From Macrostomum lignano (Eukaryota), in assembly GCA_002269645.1 (NCBI GenBank), contig NIVC01002183.1:124001-188000 (forward strand): 64,000 nt of DNA, written 5' to 3'. The notes below the pieces were generated by a model. That model searched no databases. It was not told the origin of the DNA and saw only the letters and a program-made list of their open reading frames with translations. Positions 40,136-53,351 of the stretch are shown here, piece by piece (within the stretch, counting starts at the first letter, position 1; each line of letters opens with the position of its first letter). The translations under genes were made by a program, and so were the position numbers.

Positions 40136-43020
40136 ATGAATCATAACGAGACGCACATTCAGTTCAACGCTTTCGTTCGCTCTAAGCTTGAAAAATCTGC
40201 AGCAGAATTAGAGGAGGATCTCCGGACCACACTGCCAAACAACTGCCCAATTTGAAGGACAATTTACAGGTGGTTTCAGCACTTCAGTAGTCCTGCGTGT
40301 CGCCAGATCTGGTCAATCATGTTCAACCAGGACGACAGAGAACACCGACGTCTTCAGCGACCAAGTCAAGGAAGACCCTAGACAGTCGGTCAGGGAGCTA
40401 GTGGACTGCTTGGAGATGGATTTCAAGACAGTCTATTATTGCATCCTGACAGAGGATCTCTATCTCCGCAATGTCTGCTCAGTCTGGGTGCCCCATGAAC
40501 TCAATGCCGACCAGCGGCAGGCTCGTATGAACTGCGCCAAGCAGATCCGCAAGGTGTTCAGCGACCAAGGCTTGGAGGAGATTCTAAACTGCCTGGTTGT
40601 TGAGGATAAAACCTGGCTCCACCTGAATGGGAAAGGCATCAAGACACACAATCGCTGCTGGCTGGGTGCTGGGGACTCCAGGTGAATCGGATTTGACCGG
40701 AGGGTGCGCCAGAGATTCCCAGACGAAGTCAATAAAGTACTGACCATAGAGGAAAGAATATAATGGAGGGCTAATCTGAGCCAGTTATTTTTGTTTCGCT
40801 CAATCTTCACTTTTAACATCCCTTTCCCCCCGTTCCTTCCTATTGGCTCGTCACTGCCATAGACAAACTCGTTCTCGTCTCGGTTTTTTGTTTTCGCCCC
40901 CACTGAAAGGAATGTCACAGCCACAGAATATAGACAGAATGCCCGATCAGCCCTCTCACAGAAAAATCTGCCGCAAAAAGTATTTGCATATTTAGCTACT
41001 TTTGTGGTGAAGAAAGATAGTAGTCACTTATACTTACGCGTATGCGGCTTGGGGGGGGTTGTGCCATAGACGACTGAGACTGCAGTCTTATATATATATA
41101 CTGTATATTCTGTGGCCGCTGCTGCTGCTACTGACATGAATAAGGCAGTGGTTAGCGGCAACCAAGGCACCAACAGAGACAACTATAACAGTATGACAGC
41201 ATCAAGAATGCACTGCATATAGCTGCCAGAACTACGCAAACAAATTTCCTGCACAAACGAGATTTCATCGATTCCCAGCAAACCGTGAAAGGTACGTTCA
41301 TGTACCGTCAGATAAATTCCACGAGCCGCGTGTTGGCGCCAGTGTTAGAGCTTTGTTTCTCAGTTCAGTTCAAACTCTCATACGAACTCATTCTGATGAG
41401 CACAACAAACGCTGTACTATATTGGTTTAGCAACGCTGTACACCAATCTGAGGCTCCACCATTGGTGCAACAGTTCTGGCGCAGAACAGGAAAAGCAGAA
41501 GAGGGACTGCACTTGTACCAGTGCAGTGCAGAGAAAGCTGAGGCGACTGAACGCTGATTGAGGAATGTAATCGATTGGGGAAAGTGTACATGTAATGTGA
41601 ACTGGAGCAGCGAATACATGTTGGAGTAAATTGGTGAATTAATAATAATAATTAAATTATGTTTCAAATATGTTATTTGTCTCAAATAAATGATTGGTTG
41701 AAACGCCTACGGTTTTATTCCAATTTTGGCACTGCCAAACCCGCTAATTTTCAATTCTGGAGCAATATCTACTTTTATAGAATCACACGCAGAGTCTATA
41801 TATATACATATAGAATTTTCATAACTACTGCTCTGCTTCACCACAAAAGTAGTTTGTTTGCATTTTAATTTCCAACCATCACGCGACAGCCGATCGGGCA
41901 TTCTGTCTATATTCTGTGGTCACTCACATCAAAATATGCTTTTTCAGAGTTTCAGTTTTTTTGTGTAGTACAACTAAGCTGACATGCCATTCGCTGCCAG
42001 AATCGCAGGCTCTGACATCATCATGCAACAAGGGGATCAGTCTCCTGGAAAGAGCAGAAAGCGACTCAAACCCAACTCTGTGCCTAAGCCGAGACTTCTA
42101 GCGGACAACCAGTTGGATGCTTCAACCTCAGAGGAGTCACAGCATTCTATGGCGAATCAGAATCGTCAGAAATGAAATGCAAGTCGGCTAAAGGAGAAGC
42201 TGACTGGACGAGAAGAGATGTAAGTTTACAAAAGCTGTAAAGAAAGCTGTTTCGCTCGCAGGCCAGCTCTAAAGCTTCACGCTCATACGTATGTGCTATT
42301 TGCCGAAGTTGAAGCTGTATCGCAGGCAGCTGTCAACAGTTACTTTTCGCCTGCAGAGAGTTTTGGTTGAGCTAAAAAAGATGAAGAAGCATTCAAAGTT
42401 ATACTGCAAGGCCATCGATTTCGTGCGGTACTTTTTTACGGACAGTGGGAGGATTCTGCTGAAAGAGAATTGACCTAATGTACAGAGGGACGCAGATTGA
42501 ATTTTTGTTCAAAGCCTTGCATGCTGTTTCCACGGGCATATAGTCATGCATAGTCCACGATATTACTTTCAGAGGGGGCCGGAAACAAAACACGAGACGA
42601 AAACGAGTTTGTCTATGGCAGTGACGAGCCAATAGGAAGGAACGGGGGGAAAGGGATGTTAAAAGTGAAGATTGAGCGAAACAAAAGTAACTGGCTCAGA
42701 TTAGCCCTCCATTCTATTCTTTCCTCTACTGTCAGTACTTTATTGACTTCGTCTGGGAATCTCTGGCGCACTCTCCGGTCAAATCCGATTCACCTGGACA
42801 ACGAGTGAATCTGCTTTGGCAGAGTGCCTACAGCCCGGGCTTTAACTTTTGCGACAGATTTCTGTTCAAATGGCTGAAGACTACAAGAGGAGTTTCACAT
42901 TACAAGATGACAAGCAGGCCGCGTTGCACTGGTTCTCGCAGCTTGAGGACAAGCACCTGCAAGCTGAGGTGGAGAAGCTGCACGAGCACTGCCAGAGGAT
43001 GATTGACATCTACTTTGTTG
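40136..43020 (+). pseudogene. mariner-like transposase split by a long-TIR element, middle deleted
   Basis: RTIYRWFQHF and VVEDKTWLHL on the left; AYSPGFNFCDRFLFKWLK on the right. Confidence 0.8.
40679..42796. mobile_element. Long-TIR (~250 bp) THAP-carrying element, P/Galileo-like
   Basis: CAGGTGAATCGG...CCGATTCACCTG with near-identical long arms. THAP pieces CTAYSCQN...FHRFPANRER (~41205-41290) and RKRLKPNSVP (~42057-42090). No TSD seen. Confidence 0.75.
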
Positions 43021-43162
43021 AGCGATACAGTTTTGTTCGCCTGTGGTTATCAGTTAGTCTGTTTTCCCCCAGAGACATTACATATGACACAACCAAAGTA
43101 TATGAGAATAAACTAAACGAGTTTACCATTTTATCAAAAGCAATTGTGAATCGATGAGGGTC

Positions 43163-44056
43163 TTGACTTACTTGACTTAGCTGCAGGGCTGTCCCGGAGG
43201 GGACACAGCGGGAAGGCGCGGGCGCCCATTCCGCTAGTCCCTGAACGGCCGACGCGTCGCTATGGACGGAGGGTTGGCGCCGCCCAGGGAGGTCCCCCAG
43301 TGTCGCCAGCAGCTATGGTGCTCTCTGGAAAGGAGAGTTCAGCCCTGCGGGTGGCCCGAAGGTAGCGCATGAGCTGATTAAAGTTTTCGGGTTTGCACGC
43401 TTCAGTAATAGATGTGTGTGGTCCGAGGTAAGTGAGTCTGGCCCGCGTGAAGGCGGGACAGATGCTGACGAAATGCTCAGCGGTTTCGTCACCTGAGTTG
43501 CAGAAACTACAGGTGGCGTTGGTGGCGTTGCCCTGCAGGTACTGGTGCCTGGAGAAGCAGCCGTGACCAGAGAGGGTCATGGTGGCAGCCCGGATGTCTC
43601 TGCGCGAGAGGCGCAAGAGGAGCTTCCGGAGCTGGTGAGAGGGCTGAGGGACAGCGCTTCTAGATTGCCTGCACTTCGTGCGGTTCGCCCAAGTCGAGCG
43701 GTGCTGAGTCCTGATCCACGCTTTGATGCGCGAGTCGATGACACAGCCAGGAATCGGGACAAGAGGTTCGGGGCCGAGAGAGGAGCCGGAGGCACCAACT
43801 TTTGCAAGGGTGTCAGCCAACTCATTTCCTCGGATCCCCACATGCCCCGGAACCCACTTAAGGGTAATTTTGTTGGCGGAACCCAACACATTGAGGAGTT
43901 TGATACAGTCAAGGACTGTAGCAGAGTTGGTGCTGCAGCCACTGATGGCGTGCAAGGCAGCTTGGCTGTCCGAATGGAAAATGATGTTCTTACCAGTAAC
44001 GCCAGTGGCGAGAAGCTCTGCAGTGCAGGAGCTGATGGCCAGAACTTCATTTTGGT
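43163..44056 (-). mobile_element. 5'-truncated LINE with RNase H (LOA/Lian-like)
   Basis: SDSQAAL, WVPGHVGIRGNELADTLAK, SGHG...CSFC...ETAEHF. (CTTGACTTA)2 tail and 10-bp TSD GATGAGGGTC (43153-43162, 44057-44066). Confidence 0.92.
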
Positions 44057-45229
44057 GATGAGGGTCAGTCACAGAAATAGTTATAACATATCTCTCCATT
44101 ATTCATTCATTTATGACCATCAGAATGGCTGAGAAGTTGTTTTGATTATTAAAAATGAATAAACTGGAGACATAGTATTTTCCCCCAACTTGGCCCCGAT
44201 CTTCCTGATCGATCGATTCTGATTCTGAAAATTTGCGAATAGGACTGACGACATTAATGACAACTTTGCCACTATTGACGCTGATATAGCTAGATTTGTT
44301 GATTTGATATTTACGGACGGAACCACTACGGAGACATCCACAAGCCCTCGCTTTAATCTCACGCTTTAGTTTCCCGTCCTGAGTGATTAAGAAGTCCTTG
44401 TGTCGGATTTCCATCCTCCAATTATTTGTACTTTCTGTTTTGCAATTCAGCCTTGTACTTTGCAGTTAGCCGACTCCCTTCTTCTACCATGCTCTTCCCC
44501 ACAGACAATCTCAATCGTTAATTCACCATAGATTATACAACTAACCTGTTCATTCTGTTAGTATAAATACAAGTTAAACTCGCGGCTTAAGCCCTTCACC
44601 TCCTTCCTTTCTGCGCCACTAATCACATATTATTAGTTATTAGTTTATTGTCTATTCGACACCTTGCATATGCCGAACGATTTCTGCACCGCCAGAGATA
44701 TGATTGCATCACAGACAATAGCCCTTTACAGTACATAAATGGTATAAGCGTATAAGCGTTTTACAGTAGACATTTAGCAGCCGCTTAGCCGCTGACAGTT
44801 CGAAAATGATTTCATTAAAAATATCTCTGAACTTGTGCCATTAATCTGTCACAAGAGTCTATCAACTGGAATTACGCTGGTAATGTGCCTAAACTATAAA
44901 CATATATTCTTACGTGATTTAGATACCGTTAAGCTGTTTTCCCTCTTAAAAAGCACGAGTGAACAAATGAACGAATCGCTGCGTGCGGTGCAGCGTCGCC
45001 CGAGACCGGTTCCGCGAGCAGCCCGATGAGGGAGACCTTGCTGAGTTGTGCTGGCAGTTGCTCAGCCGGTCATTGCTTGACGATTGGTTTTTAGTTAACG
45101 GATTTGCCTTTTCGAATAAAACAACTGGAAACTTGCAACTGTCAGTTTGAGAATCAGCATATCGCTTACGCTGGAATGCGATGCTTCTCAAAATGGAATT
45201 GGTGCTGTTTTAATCCAGGACAACAAACT

Positions 45230-46310
45230 GGTGTTCTACGTATAAGCAAGCAGTTATCCAGTGCGGAGCGCAAGTACTCACAGATAGAAAGGGAAGCACT
45301 CGTGATTGTCTGGGGAGCTCAGTGTCAGAGATTTTTGGCCGGTCGTCGTTTAACTCTCAGAACAGACCACAGGCCTCTGACCAACATATTTGGATCGGAT
45401 CAAGGCTTGCCTCCTAGAGTTTCAGCTCGTCTACAACGTTGGGCTCTTATGCTGATGGAATTTGACTTCACCATTCAATATCAGAAGTCTCAGCTCATGA
45501 AGTCCAACGCTCTGTCCCGCTTGGTAAACGATGAACCTGACCAGACGCACACTATTGGCAATGTTGGTGTACCAACTCCAACGATGTCAATCCAGGAGGT
45601 AGAACGACATGTTAAGTTGTATCCGGAGATGAAGAGTTTAATGGAAGCAATCCGAAAAGGCAATTTCAACAGCTCGAAACTTCGGTCGTACAAACCGGTG
45701 TCTGATTCATTGACAGTGCAATTAGGTGTGATTATCCGAGATTTGAGGATCGATCTGCCGAAGTCTCTCCGAAGTAGAGCTTTGGAAGACGCTCAATCGC
45801 TCATGCTACGCATTTGGGTGTCGTCCGAACAAAGTCGTTGTTAAGATCTCAGTTTTGGTGGCCTGGATTGGACAAGGGTTTCATCAGATTCGTTGGTAAT
45901 TGCAGCACGTGCAAGTTTGTGAAACCGAATAACAGAAATTATCGCGCATCCTAGCCGAAAACTAACGAGTCTGGAGAAAGCGTTCATGTGGATTTCGCAG
46001 GACCAATACAAGGTCAGTACCTGCTGGTGATAGTAGACGCCATGTCCAACTACCCAGAGGTGTACCTGACCAACAAGAATATGGAGCCGGAGACAGTGAT
46101 TGCAAGGTTTCGTCGCACATTCTCCCAATGAGACGTCCCGGAGACAATTGTCACTGACAATGGGCCAAGTTTTGTTTCGGCTGAGTCACAGGAGTGACTT
46201 CACGGAATTGGTTGTCAGCACATCACTAAACCTCCGTACCACCCGCAATCAAACGGACTCGCCGAGCGCTTCGTTCGCACGGTCCAAGAATCGGTGGCAG
46301 CCATGGGCCT
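45230..46310 (+). mobile_element. Gypsy (K02A2.6-like) RNase H-integrase fragment
   Basis: YSQIEREAL, TDHRPL, RLQRWAL, VHVDFAGP, PPYHPQSNGLAERFVRT. Confidence 0.9.
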
Positions 46311-46384
46311 TAGTAAAAAAATATATGTTTATAACCGACTCAGGCGAATAGAAGAAAATCTTAAGAGACAGACGCCTTTTCAAA

Positions 46385-47640
46385 TCAAACACGATGGCTG
46401 AGATCTGGAGTGAAGACGTGGAAGAAGAAGTTCAAGACGAGCTGTTTGAAGAGGAAGGCGAAGAAGGAACAGAGGAAGACGATCAGGATGAAAAGATGAC
46501 AATCCAGAAGGCGCAGAGGGTCAACAGCCCCCCGTACGTACAACAAGATCGGTGACAGCGATGGACGCCGGATCATTGAAACCTTTGAAAAAAAGGACGA
46601 CTTCGTCGCTCTGGCATGACAGCTGAACATCAAGCGCACGACTGCGTACACGATTGTGAGATCCGAGAGAGTGGACAAGCTGCCTAAAGGAGGTGCTAGG
46701 CGAATCAAAGGGGACGCAAAGATGCAGGAGTTCATTTGTGCTCAGGTGGAAGACAATCCTCTGATTTAACCGAAGCAACTCAACTCGCTTCTGCGCCAGC
46801 ATCTGCCAGCTTAGCTGGTCGCCACTGACAAGACCGTGAGTGCTAAGTTGAATGGGGCTCTTTACACCACCAAGCTAACCAGGGACCTGCCTGCGGGACG
46901 CCACTCGTGCCTGCGGGACGCAACTCGCCACACGTAATTCAAGAACGAGTGGACTTCTGTGAATGGATCTGTTCGGCTGAGGTTGTTTCTGTGCACAAGA
47001 TTTTCGGCTTCGAAACGTGGATGCACCGATCGCAACGACGATCCCAACGTGGAGAGCACGTCTACAGGCAGGTCGGCTCGCAGAAGGTGCTCCGCGTGAC
47101 TGTGCGTGTCGCAGTCTACCGGCATTGTGCAGTATCAGACGTACGACAGGGGAATGACCAAGGAGCGATTCGGAGAATTTTTGCACATCACCATCGGCAA
47201 CTTTAATTCGGAGTTCCCAGGATCGCAGTGCCACATTGTCATTGACAACGTTAGCTCCCACAACGACGCCGAGTACTACGAGGTGCCAGATTCTGCCACG
47301 ATCAGGCGACTGCCTCCATACATTCCCTTCCTCACTCTAGTGGAGAATGCCATTTTCTGTTGGAAAGCCGCTGTGAAGCGCGAGTTGGCGGCTCACCAGC
47401 AGTTGTTCATTGCTCCTACTACCGAACAACTCGGAGGTCGAACCGTGACTGCTCATCGCAAGGAGACCCTCATGGCCATGATACAGCAGACGGCACAATG
47501 CGTGACAGCGGACAAGTGCAACGCGTGGTTCAACCACATTTTCACCTACTTGCAAAGATACTTTGTTCGACAAGCTATTTTAGATGGTTTATTTGTAACA
47601 GACGCGTGTACTGTAGCGTTGCAGGTTGCAGCATTGTAGG
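46385..47640 (+). pseudogene. IS630/Tc1-like transposase (DD32E spacing), degenerate
   Basis: HTH region KRTTAYTIVR; IVIDNVSSH...LPPYIPFLTLVENAI. Confidence 0.8.
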
Positions 47641-47899
47641 TTCCTGCTGAGTGCTGAGACTGTCCTAATGTTTACCGTTTCAAGTTGAAAGTGTTTATTT
47701 TGATTGTCTTGTGTTTGTTTTCGAATTTTCACTAATGGCAAGTGGAACAAAAAAGAGAGAAAATCCATAGACCATTTTGTCTGACTGAATCGAAAGGACT
47801 CGGTTGAATATGAAAGAGAGTCTTAATTTAATTTCGATCAATCCTGCGGAGGTACACTCGAGTTTCTAATTTCAAAAACTCAATCGACTCCTCGGGACC

Positions 47900-48130
47900 T
47901 GGTCGTATACGAGCTGCTCGGGCACAGCAGCAGTTAGCAGTGGCTCACCAACAGCACTCACTGAAGAGCATTGAAGCCACCGAAGCGCAGGCCCAACCAA
48001 CGAAGCGGTGCAGGCAGTGCTACAGGAACGGCCAGGCCAAGAAAACCGTCATATGCTGTGGCTCATGTGAAGGCAAGCCTGGACTGTGCGCAGTCCCCTG
48101 TTTCGCCGACTGGCGTGCCGTACAAGTATA
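47900..48130 (+). pseudogene. piggyBac C-terminal cysteine-rich domain fragment
   Basis: KRCRQCY...TVICCGSCEGKPGLCAVPCF. Confidence 0.8.
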
Positions 48131-49511
48131 AATTAAAGTTATTTTACTTCCCAGCTTTCGAAGCCAAAAGTAGCTCCTATTTAATTTACTTAAGCAATAT
48201 GGCATCTGCTTACAAAAAGGATATTATTATTGCTTTTTGCAGTCAGTTTGAGCTTAGCAGCAGTTGGCTTAACTCACAGTGGCAGAGCGCTACACTCGAG
48301 ACAACTGCTGCCCCCAGTCTATGCCATAGAAAGTGACTGGTGAGCAAAGAATTCATCTTTGGAGCATTCACTTAGTCTGTAGCGCCTTGTTTCCCACTGT
48401 CCCTGCGTTTAATAAAAGTACTTTCTTTTGAGTGCCCACAAGCTAGGTTGTCTATGGCCCAAACTACAACTTTCGGTTTCAGCCCCAAACAAACTGTACT
48501 TTATTTTTATTAAATGGACGCGATCGCCTCCCAGCCGAGAGTTAACCTTTCGCTTAACTTAATCAATCATCTTCATCTTTTGGTAGCCAGCGTTACAATT
48601 CCTCTCGTGTCTGCTAAAGGATTAACATCGCTCTATAACCTACAAATCAGCAACAATATGAGCTTGGAAGATGAAGAGAGCGACACTATAGCTATGAAAT
48701 GGCTTCAGAGTAGCAAGGTGACGGCCCGCAGCCAAGAACATGGATAAAGATTAGCGATGAAATGCACTGCACAGCGTAGTCATTGTTCTGGAGCTGTCTA
48801 TGCTTGTACTTTTGCGTCTGGGGTTTGCAATAGCTATATGTACGTTCAATTAGGTTATCATATTTATGTTGCTCGTACGTACAGTCCCCAATTATTGATA
48901 GCACCACTTTCACTCTTTACTGATCGCCCCACCCCTATACGCTCAATCGTGTATTGAACGCTTCCATTCAGCTTATAAATGTCGACCTAGAGTATCTCGC
49001 TCAAATATACCATTTTCGTTTTTATCCCTTTATAGCTAATTGTCTCGATTCCATCTCTATATAGTTATTCTAGCAACCAATCATCGAAGCCTTGGACAGA
49101 GGTGAGCGACCAGTCGAAATCACGGAATGGACGAAGATTAACGTCAAGAGTTATTTCAATTAAACGTCAGTAGAATGAGACTGGAGTCGCACTGCCGGAG
49201 CAATTCGAAGCCAACTGGAACGTCTTTTTTAACTAAACTCCCGTCGAGGAGACACACGAATGCCTGAAAGCCGCAATCAAGCGCACGATGGCACTGGCCG
49301 GGTCCAGCGGAAACTGGCGCCCCTCTTTGATGCCGCTGTACCAATGGTACATGATCCTCATGCAGAGGATCGCCAGAGGCGACAGTGGAGGTTACGGCTG
49401 CGAAGTGTGGCTGATAGTACCGTCATTCATTGCGCCGTCTGCTAGCCTGTATTGCCGGCCAGCCAATTGTTTTATTTTAAGTTGATGAGTCCGACGAACA
49501 TTAACATAATA

Positions 49512-51256
49512 CCGTGTGCGCAAAAGGTATCCGGACAAAATCTTGTTGGCTTTGCTTTCCGAGAGTTTGACATACTCCGGGAATTTAAAGCATCATTTGT
49601 ATAATATGTCTATGGCCCAACTTCTGCCTGGAATTTTAACCCTGATATGCAAAATGGACTCATGCTGTTCATCCTTTTATTTCGAAAGCTTCGTTTTCAA
49701 TCCGCGGATTTGCCATCCCAAGTTGTCACAAAATGGCAAGCTATTCCTTGGATCTCAAGAAGCGTGTCGCTACCGACTTGACTTCTGGAATGAGCGTGCG
49801 AATGTGTGCTGAGAAGTACTCAGTAGGGAAGAGCACCGTCGGTGATTGGAAGAAGCTGCTGGATTCTGGCGACAGCCTGGAACCGAAGGAGAAATCGGGA
49901 CGGCCGCGGACAGTCCGGACACCAGACTTCATGGCCAACCTCGAAGCCAAGCGGGCAGAAGACCCAACGAAGACGATGAGGCAAATTGCCCGAGAGGAAG
50001 GAGTGCATGAGAGCAATGTCCGCAATGCATTTCGGGAGATGGGCGTCAGGAGCTTCGTGCAGAGGGAGATCCCCATGCTGAACGCGGATCAGCTGGGGCT
50101 TCGGGTTCAACGGTCACGGAGGCTCCTGAATGACCTCAAGGCCTCTCCCGGAGTTGAAGTCATCTTCTTCACGGATGAAAAGAACTTCACGCAGACACCC
50201 TACCGGAATCGCAGCTCTTCGCGCGTGCTGGCCAGGAGCAGTGAGGAGCGGGACGCCTTCAACTCGCCACAGATTAAGCACCCGGCAACCATCATGGTCT
50301 TCGGCCTCGTCGCTTCTGATGGCAAGAAAATGCAGCCAATATTTTTTGACAAGGGGTACCGACTGAATGGAGACGGGTACCTTGATGTGCTCCAGAAAGT
50401 GCTGCACTGGATTCGCAGTAACTATCCTGACAGGGTGCGGCCGGATGGCAGTTTTGCAGATGGCTGGAACTTTCGCTTCCAGCAGGACTCTGCTCCAGCA
50501 CACACTCGCAATGACGTGCAGGCCTGGCTCAGCGCTCACTTCGGGCGCAAGCGCGTCTGGCTGAAGGAGGACTGGCCAGCCTACTCACCGGATCTAAATC
50601 CCCTGGATTTTTCGATCTGGAACCAGGTTGACAAGCGGGCCTGCAGAAGCTTCCACACGTCCCTGGACTCGCTGAGATCTGCCATTCATGAGGCTTGGGA
50701 ATCAGAGCTGACTCCGGAATATCTGGTGAGATGCTGCAAAGCGTTTCGTGGTCGTCTTGAGAAGGTGATTGCCCAAGGAGGTTCTCCAATCGTGGATTAA
50801 ATCGAGTCTGGCATGCAGAGCCGCTTGTTGGAACCATTTGAGCAGCACATTTCAGCAAGTGGGCCAGGTGATTGATTCGAGGAAGTCTGACGATCTTGAA
50901 CTCTGTTAGAAAAAGCGACCGCTTCTTTAAATTAAGTTTCACTTTTGTTGCTCAATGCCCGCGTTACGTTTCTCTTGTTCGCATTTTAGAAAAAAATCGT
51001 TTTTACGTTGTTAAATCGAACACGAGCTTGAAATTTCGCGATTTACGTCATCTACCTTTAATTAAGCCATTATCACCTTTCCAGGTGAAAATAGACCGAC
51101 CTGTTGCATTGGCCACTTTGCTGAAAAACGAGCTACGACAATTTGTTGCATTAAATTGCGATGTGAAAATTCATTGATTTTGGGTACAACACGTGCATAT
51201 TTATCTGTCCTTCTCTGCAACACATGCAAGTGTCCGGATACTTTTTGCGTACCCGA
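49512..51256 (+). mobile_element. Full-length maT-like Tc1/mariner element
   Basis: 26-bp TIRs (CCGTGTGCGCAAAAGGTATCCGGACA; 4 mismatches) with TA on both sides. Confidence 0.9.
49733..50800 (+). CDS. Intact DDD transposase (355 aa, maT-like)
   Basis: FFTDEKNF, FQQDSAPAH, WPAYSPDLNPLDFSIW. Confidence 0.93.
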   Translation: MASYSLDLKKRVATDLTSGMSVRMCAEKYSVGKSTVGDWKKLLDSGDSLEPKEKSGRPRTVRTPDFMANLEAKRAEDPTKTMRQIAREEGVHESNVRNAFREMGVRSFVQREIPMLNADQLGLRVQRSRRLLNDLKASPGVEVIFFTDEKNFTQTPYRNRSSSRVLARSSEERDAFNSPQIKHPATIMVFGLVASDGKKMQPIFFDKGYRLNGDGYLDVLQKVLHWIRSNYPDRVRPDGSFADGWNFRFQQDSAPAHTRNDVQAWLSAHFGRKRVWLKEDWPAYSPDLNPLDFSIWNQVDKRACRSFHTSLDSLRSAIHEAWESELTPEYLVRCCKAFRGRLEKVIAQGGSPIVD

Positions 51257-51649
51257 TATGAACTTCTCGTGCTTACGTTTCAAATCACTTTCTTTTTCTG
51301 TGTTCCATCGTAATGTTTTGGTTTGAATTCATTTTACTACATTCCTTTTTCGATAATAAGAATAAAATCAAAATCCAAAAGGAGGAAACGGACTAGGTTG
51401 AATGCTCCAAAGATTAAGGGCCGTATGCAGAAAAGCTAGTCTTTATAAAAACACTAGATAAGTAACTTAATGCAAATTCGCTCGATGTCTGAATAGCCTA
51501 CTCTCTTCTGGGCATATGAGCGCGCAAGACTATCGATTTTTGTTCTGCCACGTCCGCGCTATGGTTTAAGCCATAGATAAAAGTTTCTCTAAAAGGAATC
51601 AATGATCGACTGCACATAAGATTTCCGGACAAACCAGCTGTTTGGATGA

Positions 51650-52410
51650 CTACACTAAGCCGACAACTGGAGGGCCATGCGTACACTATCAAACTTGTTT
51701 GAGACGTGCCCGCAGAACGCAATTCCCCGGCAGTCCTAGCAGAGCGTGAAGCTTTTTATAACTGGTGGTGCTCGGCCGATGTTATCAATGCTCCCAAGGT
51801 GTTCATCGATGAATTCAGATTCGACACCTGGGCGCGACGTCAACAGGGAAGGTCGCTCCGCGGTCAACGGGCCTACAGAACCGGTTCCGGCCAAAAGGGC
51901 ACTCGCATCACCATCTGCGTCGCTGTTTCGCCTCAGATTGGTCTGATCCACTATCAAGCGTACACTCGCGGCATGCCAAAGGAGAGATTCGCCGAATTTC
52001 TGCAAATTGTGATGGGTAACGCTCAAATGGCCTGGCCGCACCAACTTGCATACCTTATTTTTGATAATGTCAGCAGCCATAATGACGCTGAATTACAAGA
52101 GGTTGTGGGACTGGCTGAGTTCCGTCGACTCCCTAGATACAGCCCATTTTAACACCCGTTGAGAGCGCCATCTCCGCATGGAAGGCGGCCATTAAAAGTG
52201 AACTCAGTGACAGCCGCGAAGTTTTCATCAATCCATCCGACGAAGCTCGCGCTGGGCGTACACTGGCTGAATATCGAAGGGACGAGCTGATGCGCTTCGC
52301 CGATCTAACAGTGAACGACAGCGTCACTCAGGACAAGTGTCTTCAGTGGTACAGTCACTGCTTCAGCTTTGTACCGAGATGCATGGCCAAGATGCACATC
52401 AATGGAGACT
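51650..52410 (+). pseudogene. Second IS630-like transposase (paralogue of the 46385 copy)
   Basis: VFIDEFRF, LIFDNVSSHNDAE...RRLPRYSPF, then a frameshift. Confidence 0.8.
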
Positions 52411-52699
52411 GAAGGGCCACACTTGACGTGACTTCGATTTTCTGCTTTTGTTCCCTATGACACTGTACATGTATTGGACGACATTTGTTTCGTCTTACGT
52501 TTAGTTAATAAAATTTTGCTGAATTTGAATGCGACTTTGGTTGAAATTGAATGCAAAAAGGTGTAGTAGGGGTTCACCATGGCTTTCCTATGAGAAATCA
52601 GAGCGAAAGCAAGGAGTATAGATTTTTTTAATTTTCTCGTTTGCAAGAGCGCTATTTCGTTTTCATTTAAAGAAGTAAAAACAATTGTCAAAATGGCTG

Positions 52700-53351
52700 T
52701 TCAAAATGGAAGTTCAATGAAGCGTGGCTGCTTTCTATCTCATCGATCAAAAGTCTGACCAGGTCGCTGATGCAAAATTACGATTTTCAGTACATCTGCA
52801 CTAGGAGGCTAACTCAGGATCACGTTGAGGTGCGTTAAACAACATTTTACTGCTGTGCATTATTAATTATTGTAGCCTAGCCATTATTAAAATAACAACT
52901 TATTCAAAAGTTAAATTTTCGAAATATTGTAGAATCTTTTAGCGTCATCAGAGGTCGCAATGGGTTCAATGAAAAGCCAGAACTTCCAGCCTCTATTTGG
53001 TGCCCTCCGATCGGTTTCTGCGAGTGGCATAATGAGACCCGAGTCAAAAACTGGGTCGTTCACATTGGATTGACAGCACCATCGGAAGCAGTTCTAGAAA
53101 GTTTCATGCTTTCGGAATCTTTATTTGGCTCACTACCGAAGACTAAATTGCTGCAGAATCTCGTGAGCCATTCAATATTGAGACACTTCCGACACGCAAA
53201 TGTGACCTTCCCCTCGTGCTCAGTGCATCCGGAGATCGTCTGGCGGCAACTGTGCGTCAAGTTCGCTCGTCTCAGACTGCATCACTGGTGCCGCTGTGAG
53301 GCCAAACCGCTGAAGGATAGGACAGTGCAGCGCAAGCAGAAAGATGAGTAA
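52700..53351 (+). pseudogene. P-element transposase C-terminal fragment with intron
   Basis: TRRLTQDHVE|NLFSVIRGRNGFNEKP across a GT-AG intron (~52830-52931); ends FARLRLHHWC. Confidence 0.8.

Noticed and set aside
43545-44132. Long ORFs antisense to or overlapping TE genes (also 60854-61420, 49741-50539)
   Set aside because: Shadows of GC-rich coding sequence with no independent motifs.
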